Of a stretch of 64,000 nucleotides of DNA, positions 55,224 to 64,000 are shown piece after piece (positions within the stretch are counted from its first letter, which is position 1; each line of letters starts with the position of its first letter). This stretch comes from Eledone cirrhosa (Eukaryota), in NCBI GenBank assembly GCA_964016885.1, contig OZ024743.1:201872001-201936000 (forward strand), read 5' to 3'. A program made the position numbers and the translations under genes. The notes under the pieces are model-generated. The model was not told where the DNA came from, searched no databases, and saw only the letters and a program-made list of their open reading frames with translations.

Positions 55224-55687
55224 AAAGTTTTATTTAAAATTGTTGGGTCACAACGAGTAAATATATTATAACTGATATAAAAGCACTCAACAAGTTTTGG
55301 AGTATATTTACGATATTAAACAAATGGAAACTACATTTATAAAACCATATTTATTTCATTATATATATTTCAGGGATATCATATTAAAAATATGGTATGC
55401 CCTCTTCAGACAAAATACAATATATAAACAGTTTTATAAATAAATTTGACATACCTTAAACTTTACAACTTCCATTTAAAAAGTTGTTTTGGTAGTATAT
55501 CTACCAAAACAACTTTTTAAATGGAAGTTGTAAAGTTTAAGGTATGTCAAGTTTATTTATAAAACTGTTTATATATTGTATTTTGTCTGAAGAGGGCATA
55601 CAATATTTTTAATATGATATCCCTGAAATATATATAATGAAATAAATATGGTTTTATAAATATAGTTTCCATTTGTTTAATATCGTA
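55221..55687. mobile_element. Palindromic solo pLTR pair; HHRs at 55352-55417 (-) and 55579-55644 (+)
   Basis: Palindrome 55309-55687 centred ~55498 plus ~88-nt left tail; TATTTTGT CTGAAGA GGG..CCCT GAAA TATATA TA ATGAAATA; (TA)n both sides. Confidence 0.85.
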
Positions 55688-56384
55688 TATATATATATAT
55701 ATATATATATGTCATTAACACTTTTTTCCTATAACTCCCCCAACTTTATGTCATCCAACTGTTTATCAGGGGAGTGACTGGTAATAGGAACAGACGAAAG
55801 CATTTTCAAACCGGAGATGTGAGTTGAAAGCTTGCAACAAACTGGACTTCGCTAATACACCAATGACTCGGGTAACAGAGTAAGTTGAATTTAAGCAAAT
55901 GACTTTTAAACGAACGCGTCATCAAACGAAAATCATGTATCACACATTTCATATATACTACGTACATTTCTTTGAATTTAAAAGAAAACTTTAAACCAAA
56001 TAAAAACAGAGCAGCAAAATTCGTTAGTTTTGTTTTTCATTAGTTTTGTTTCTTACAGTATGTATGAATGTCTGCCTTGTTATTTATTCGTTGTTTGGTT
56101 TTTATTGAGAGTTCTTCGACTTTCGTTTGATATATAAACAGTGAACACTTTAAAAACATTACTTTAAAATTGAAGAAGACTTTAAAATGGTTAGAAATAA
56201 TATTAGTTAGACATTAGATTTAAAATACCTAAAATAAACACTGAAAACCCGTTCATGATGTCAAATGATGTGATTTAAGTGTAAAGAATTTTTAGAACTA
56301 GCAATCACTTTCAATCACATTTCAGATGTTACTTTTTTGTTTTGTAGCATTTTGCGTTTATTATATTGAAAGCAATCTTCGCGG

Positions 56385-56555
56385 AATAGAGTTAAGGTCC
56401 ATTACGGTCTGATTTCAAAACTTTCCAGGGTAAGCTTTGCCTTCCATCCCCCCGAGTTCGATAAAATAAAGCACCAATAATGCACTGGGGTTGATATAAG
56501 CGACGTTACTCCCACCAAAGAATTGTTGGCCTATTGTCTAAATCAGAAACCATTA
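56385..56555 (+). mobile_element. Diverged Nin-domain SINE
   Basis: CTTTGCCTTCCATCCCCCGAGTTCGATAAAATAAAGCACCA core. Confidence 0.65.
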
Positions 56556-56850
56556 TATTAAAAACAGCGCACAAACTGTAATGTTGACATGACTTCTTCA
56601 CTTAAATTATATGGCTATGGGGTTAAAGAGTTTGTTTCAAAACCACGTGGTTCTCAGTTCAGTCTCATTTAGGAAAGTAGCTTTAACAATAGCAGCGGGC
56701 TGACGAGTGAGTTTTAAGTGTAATTTTGTAGACGGAGGCTGCAGACTCCCAACCTGTATATATATATATATAACGAAGGAAATGTGGTAAGGAACCAGGT
56801 GGACCATAACGCACCAAAGTACTCAATACTTGGGGTAGTAGAGTGGGTAA

Positions 56851-56930
56851 TAGGAACCAGTAAGACCCCGACGGCTGAGCTCAAGCCGTTTCGAAACGGC
56901 TTGAGCTCAGCCGTCGGGGTCTTACTGGTT

Positions 56931-56934
<4 letters not shown>
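56851..56934. repeat. Perfect 84-bp palindrome containing the 3' half of an HHR
   Basis: TAGGAACCAG..GTTTC|GAAAC..CTGGTTCCTA. Confidence 0.85.
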
Positions 56935-59135
<2,201 letters not shown>

Positions 59136-59136
59136 T

Positions 59137-59375
59137 AGTTTCAAGTTTATTAGCTATCATCAGCAACCTATACCTACCTGCCAGATTGTTGAACGTATAT
59201 ACTTACCTAATGTATATTAACGGTTGAGAAGCCCAATTTGCATATCGAGTGGGTTAATCGGCCGGGTGCACCTAAAACGATAAACGAAAAAAATGAAACG
59301 AAATTTCATTTCCCACTCTTAGTACGGCTGTTACTAAGAGTGGGAAATGAAATTTCGTTTCATTTTTTCCGTTTA
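59137..59375. repeat. Family-A fragment in divergent fold-back arrangement
   Basis: Minus arm 59137-59330, short plus arm 59331-59375; (TA)n on both sides. Confidence 0.8.
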
Positions 59376-59407
59376 TATATATATATGTATATATATGTAT
59401 ATATATT

Positions 59408-59499
<92 letters not shown>

Positions 59500-59504
<5 letters not shown>

Positions 59505-60945
59505 TCAGGTTATCAATAATGTAGTGATAATATATCGTTACGTTAGAGATGAACAGCGTACGTGCAGGTTTGCTCAACGAGTATAAATTATATTCAGGAG
59601 AAAATGTAGAAAGGATGAATATAAAATGAAAGTGCTTTTGTTAAAAAAGGAATCTATTAGGTATTGACATATGTTTCTGTAACAGACCGAATACCTATGT
59701 ATCGCTGCTTGCGTAATCATATAATGTTAGCAAGTATTCGATAGCAAATGTATAATCAGTTGTCACTTCTTCAGAGATTTTGGATAAACTGGATAAAATC
59801 AGAAAAATTGAAGTATTTATATTAGTAAAAGAGGAAGGAACAGAGGGGATAGTATATGACAGATGGTAAAATAATTTACTGCTAAACAAATATATAATGG
59901 GTTTCAAATGAGAATCCCATGAGTAAATCTAAATAAGAATTTTGGGAGTGCCAATTTTAATCTCTACTTGACCAACTGGACAGTGGACAGGGCTGGTCAT
60001 TTGGTGCAGTAGTATTAATTATAAAGTGTCAATTGGGGAAGGGGTAGATTTCGATTGCTACTAAATAACATCAATGCTAGTAGCCAGCTGGTATATGCAT
60101 TAGGGAATTGAATCAAGAAATCAGAAATCTCATTTTATCTATAGCAGTTTGTATTAAAAGGTAAATAATAGAAGAGTTGATAGAATTAAGACTAATAAAG
60201 AATGTTCATATCTATTTTGACAATTAAACGAGGATAAAGACAGGCGTTCAATCCTGGTAGTATTTATAATATGAAAATGTAGATTTTAAGCGATGGTTAC
60301 AGTATAACGATCGCTCTATTCTGTTATTTAATAAAATGTTTTTGGATTTCATAATACAAAATAATTCTACATTACATAATTTACAAAATTCCTGTCCATG
60401 GCGAGATTGGGGGGCAACCGCTATTATATCCCATTTTAGGTGAAATTGTTGGTTATTTTCACGCAGCTGCCAAGCCTTGTCTGCGAGTGTTGTTACATAA
60501 CGCTGGTTTTCATGTTTTATCGAGTAACGATGTCTATAAAGGCGTGACTGCACCAAATGACCAGCCCTGTCCACTGTCCAGTTGGTCAAGTAGAGATTAA
60601 AATTGGCACTCCCAAAATTCTTATTTAGATTTACTCATGGGATTCTCATTTGAAACCCATTATATACTTGTTTAGCAGTAAATTATTTTACCATCTGTCA
60701 TATACTATCCCCTCTGTTCCTTCCTCTTTTACTAATATAAATACTTCAATTTTTCTGATTTTATCCAGTTTATCCAAAATCTCTGAAGAAGTGACAACTG
60801 ATTATACATTTGCTATCGAATACTTGCTAACATTATATGATTACGCAAGCAGCGATACATAGGTATTCGGTCTGTTACAGAAACATATGTCAATACCTAA
60901 TAGATTCCTTTTTTAACAAAAGCACTTTCATTTTATATTCATCCT

Positions 60946-60950
<5 letters not shown>
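59500..60950 (-). mobile_element. Fourth Naiad-type PLE fragment (EN C-terminus 60248-60546) with inverted pLTR
   Basis: SRLYRHRYS..TTLADKAWQL..CKLCNVE..CNHR; 59607-60009 is inverted at 60547-60950; (TA)n flanks. Confidence 0.83.
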
Positions 60951-61028
<78 letters not shown>

Positions 61029-61030
<2 letters not shown>

Positions 61031-62581
61031 ATACAATAACAGAGATAGCTTAACGCTAAACTCCGACTGGTAACCATCTCACTCAACAAACATTAGGTTA
61101 TATGTTAGTATAATCCAATTTAAGTGTTTGGGGCGCTAACTATATGTATTTTGTGGAAAGCCAGTTGTATTATTTTATGAGATATAATTAAAGTTAAAAT
61201 ATATATCTCTTTCCAAACAATTGTTTCATTATATGTTTTCTACAAATTGGGAGAATGTTTCCAGTTTATGTAGAAGCCTAACATATATTCATGTAAGAAT
61301 ATATTTAGGTGGGCACTTATAAATCTTCAGTGGAAGCCCATTAAACTTTGAAATTAGAAAAAAATTCTTACCGCAGTTAAAAATCGTGTCCGCTAAGCTG
61401 CTCCTTCACGCATCGAATGACCGCCAAATTTGAAATTCCAGCAGTCTTTCAACTGAGGAAGTTTCATAGCGTCACGAAGCGGGAAAGGGAGACAACCACG
61501 ACACGAGAAAAGAAAAAAATAATAATATACACTCGGGTTAATTAGTTTTTTCAAAAACATTATCCATCCAACGTGTTAAGAACTCAATTGAAATTTAAAA
61601 AATAAATGTATGCGTGTATTAATTACACACTCATATAGATATTTTCTTAGGCTAAAAACAGAGGTGAGGTGATACCAAAATAACAAACCACATCACATCA
61701 CCGCAGCAAATACTGAAGGTTACGCTTTAAAGGCAATTGGGAATGTAAATCTCTGGACAAATTAATAGTAAAATATTTAATACACGCGGGTTAATTAGTT
61801 ATTTAAAACTATTATCTATTCCACGTGTTAAGAACTCAATTAATTAAAAAAAATAAATGTATGCATGTAATTATTTACACACGCATATATATATTTTCCT
61901 AGGCTAAAAGCAGAGAAGTGACAACCAAAAAACCTCCATATCTCACAACAGTAACAAATACAGAAAGTCATGTTTATAAGGTACCTGGAAATAAGTACCT
62001 CTGGCCAAATCAAGAATAACATAATTAATACAATAACAGAGATAGCTTAACGCTAAACTCCGACTGGTAACCATCTCACTCAACAAACATTAGGTTATAT
62101 GTTAGTATAACCCAATTTAAGTGTTTGGGTGCTAACTATATGTATTTTGTGGAAGCCAGTTGTATTATTTTATGAGATATAATTAAAGTTAAAATATATC
62201 TCTCTTTCCAAACAATTGTTTCATTATAAGTTTTCTACAAATTAGGAGAATGTTTCCAGTTTATGTAGAAGCCTAACATATATTCATGTAAGAATATATT
62301 TAGGTGGGCACTTATAAATCTTCAGTGGAAGCCCATTAAACTTTGAAATAAGAAAAAAATCTTACCGCAGTTAAAAATCGTGTCCGCTAAGCTGCTCCTT
62401 CACGCATCGAATGACCGCCAAATTTGAAATTCCAGCAGTCTTTTGACTGAGGAAGTTTCATAACGTCACGAAGCGGGAAAGGGAGACAACCACGACACGA
62501 GAAAAGGAAAAAATAATAATATACACTCGGGTTAATTAGTTTTTTCAAAAACATTATCAATCCAACGTGTTAAGAACTCAA
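61029..62581. repeat. Direct duplication with ~997-bp period and an older ~255-bp internal subrepeat
   Basis: 61029-61587 recurs at 62026-62581; 61525-61780 resembles 61780-62025. Confidence 0.88.
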
Positions 62582-62758
62582 CACGGACGCTCTATCTCAA
62601 AATTATTTTTGAAAAGCATTTAGAAATGCGCATCCGGTAAACACTTAAAACCACAACTGAATACTAACCAATACAATTACTAATACTCTTTTATTCCTAA
62701 TTAAAGTATTTTTCAACTGTGAACAATTTGTCAATATATATATATATATACATATATG

Positions 62759-62869
<111 letters not shown>

Positions 62870-62874
62870 GTATA

Positions 62875-62923
<49 letters not shown>

Positions 62924-63032
62924 GAATATATATATGTATATATATGTATATATATATATATATGTATATATATATGTGTATATATATGTATATATATATA
63001 TATGTATATATATGTATATATATATATGTATA

Positions 63033-63115
<83 letters not shown>

Positions 63116-64000
63116 AAATATACACACATATACATGGTGGGTGTGGGTGTTTGTATGTGTGAGAGAGTATGGCCCGTTACTGTGAGGTTGGAGGAACAAG
63201 ATGACAAGATGTATATATAGTTAACAATAGTTAAAGTTTCTGACCAAAGACTAATAATAGTAGTGGTATTAATAATGGTAAGCAGACAGTTTGTTGGGAG
63301 TGTGAAGAAATGTGGGCAAAAGTGGGGGATATATGTTGGATGCCGTTGCGAGTAGTTAAAATGAAATGTAAACAATAGATTGAGAATAAATGCAATTGTT
63401 TCTAATTTAGGAATAAGGGCAAGCATTTTTCGCAGAGGGGAAACTCAATTAAATCGATTCAAGGGTTCGTGTTCCTTTTTTGCTTGACTCCGGAAACAAG
63501 ACCTCGGAGGGAATTGAAGAGTTTAGGCAAATAACTGTAACTAAATAAAGGTTTCTGATTGAGGCACTAGACTAAGAATTTTGAGGTAGGGGAAAGTTAG
63601 TTAAATCGACTCCACCCTTACGAGTAGTTTATTTTATCGACTCTGGATGACTTTTGGCAACATTTGATTAGGGAATGTAAAGTATGTTTCTGAAAAATAT
63701 ATATAATGAAGAAAATAAACAGAAGCCCGTAAAGATTAGATGATATTAATGTCAAATTAAAATCACCAATAGTAATAAATAAAAATATAATAATAGAGAA
63801 ATTTATTACCAAAAATTCTAAATTTTGAAAAGTGGAATATTAATTTTAATTCCGTTATAAGATTCTGAAGTTTAAATTTTTTAATATTGAGTTCCACGCT
63901 TATTACATACTAATTTTATTTATTTATATAATAATAGAAGAATTTATTAGCAAAAATTCTAAATTTTGTAAACTGGAATGTTAATTCTAATTCTGTTATA

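Overview
AT-rich, microsatellite-laden eukaryotic repeat DNA. The tRNA/Nin-domain SINE and element mix suggest a cephalopod such as octopus (inference). I found no host protein-coding gene; the many YIYI/HTHT ORFs are microsatellite artefacts. Contents: four fragments of Naiad-type Penelope-like elements (PLEs), a decayed C-rich Neptune-like PLE, an R4/Dong-clade RLE retrotransposon plus a decayed relative, an RTE LINE with C2H2 fingers and its derivatives, a CRE fragment, a deleted mariner, a decayed autonomous Helitron with non-autonomous relatives, and SINEs. The main signal is a hammerhead-ribozyme (HHR) system. An 8.8-kb array of almost identical 467-bp units, each carrying a minimal type I HHR, is split into two divergent blocks inside (TA)n. 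A homologous ~420-bp HHR repeat shares covarying hairpins, an octamer motif and recurrent end points. About ten HHR-associated insertions from several families share one geometry: two divergent arms with 3' ends facing (TA)n, one arm longer by a 'tail'. All structures were read by eye; none were computed.
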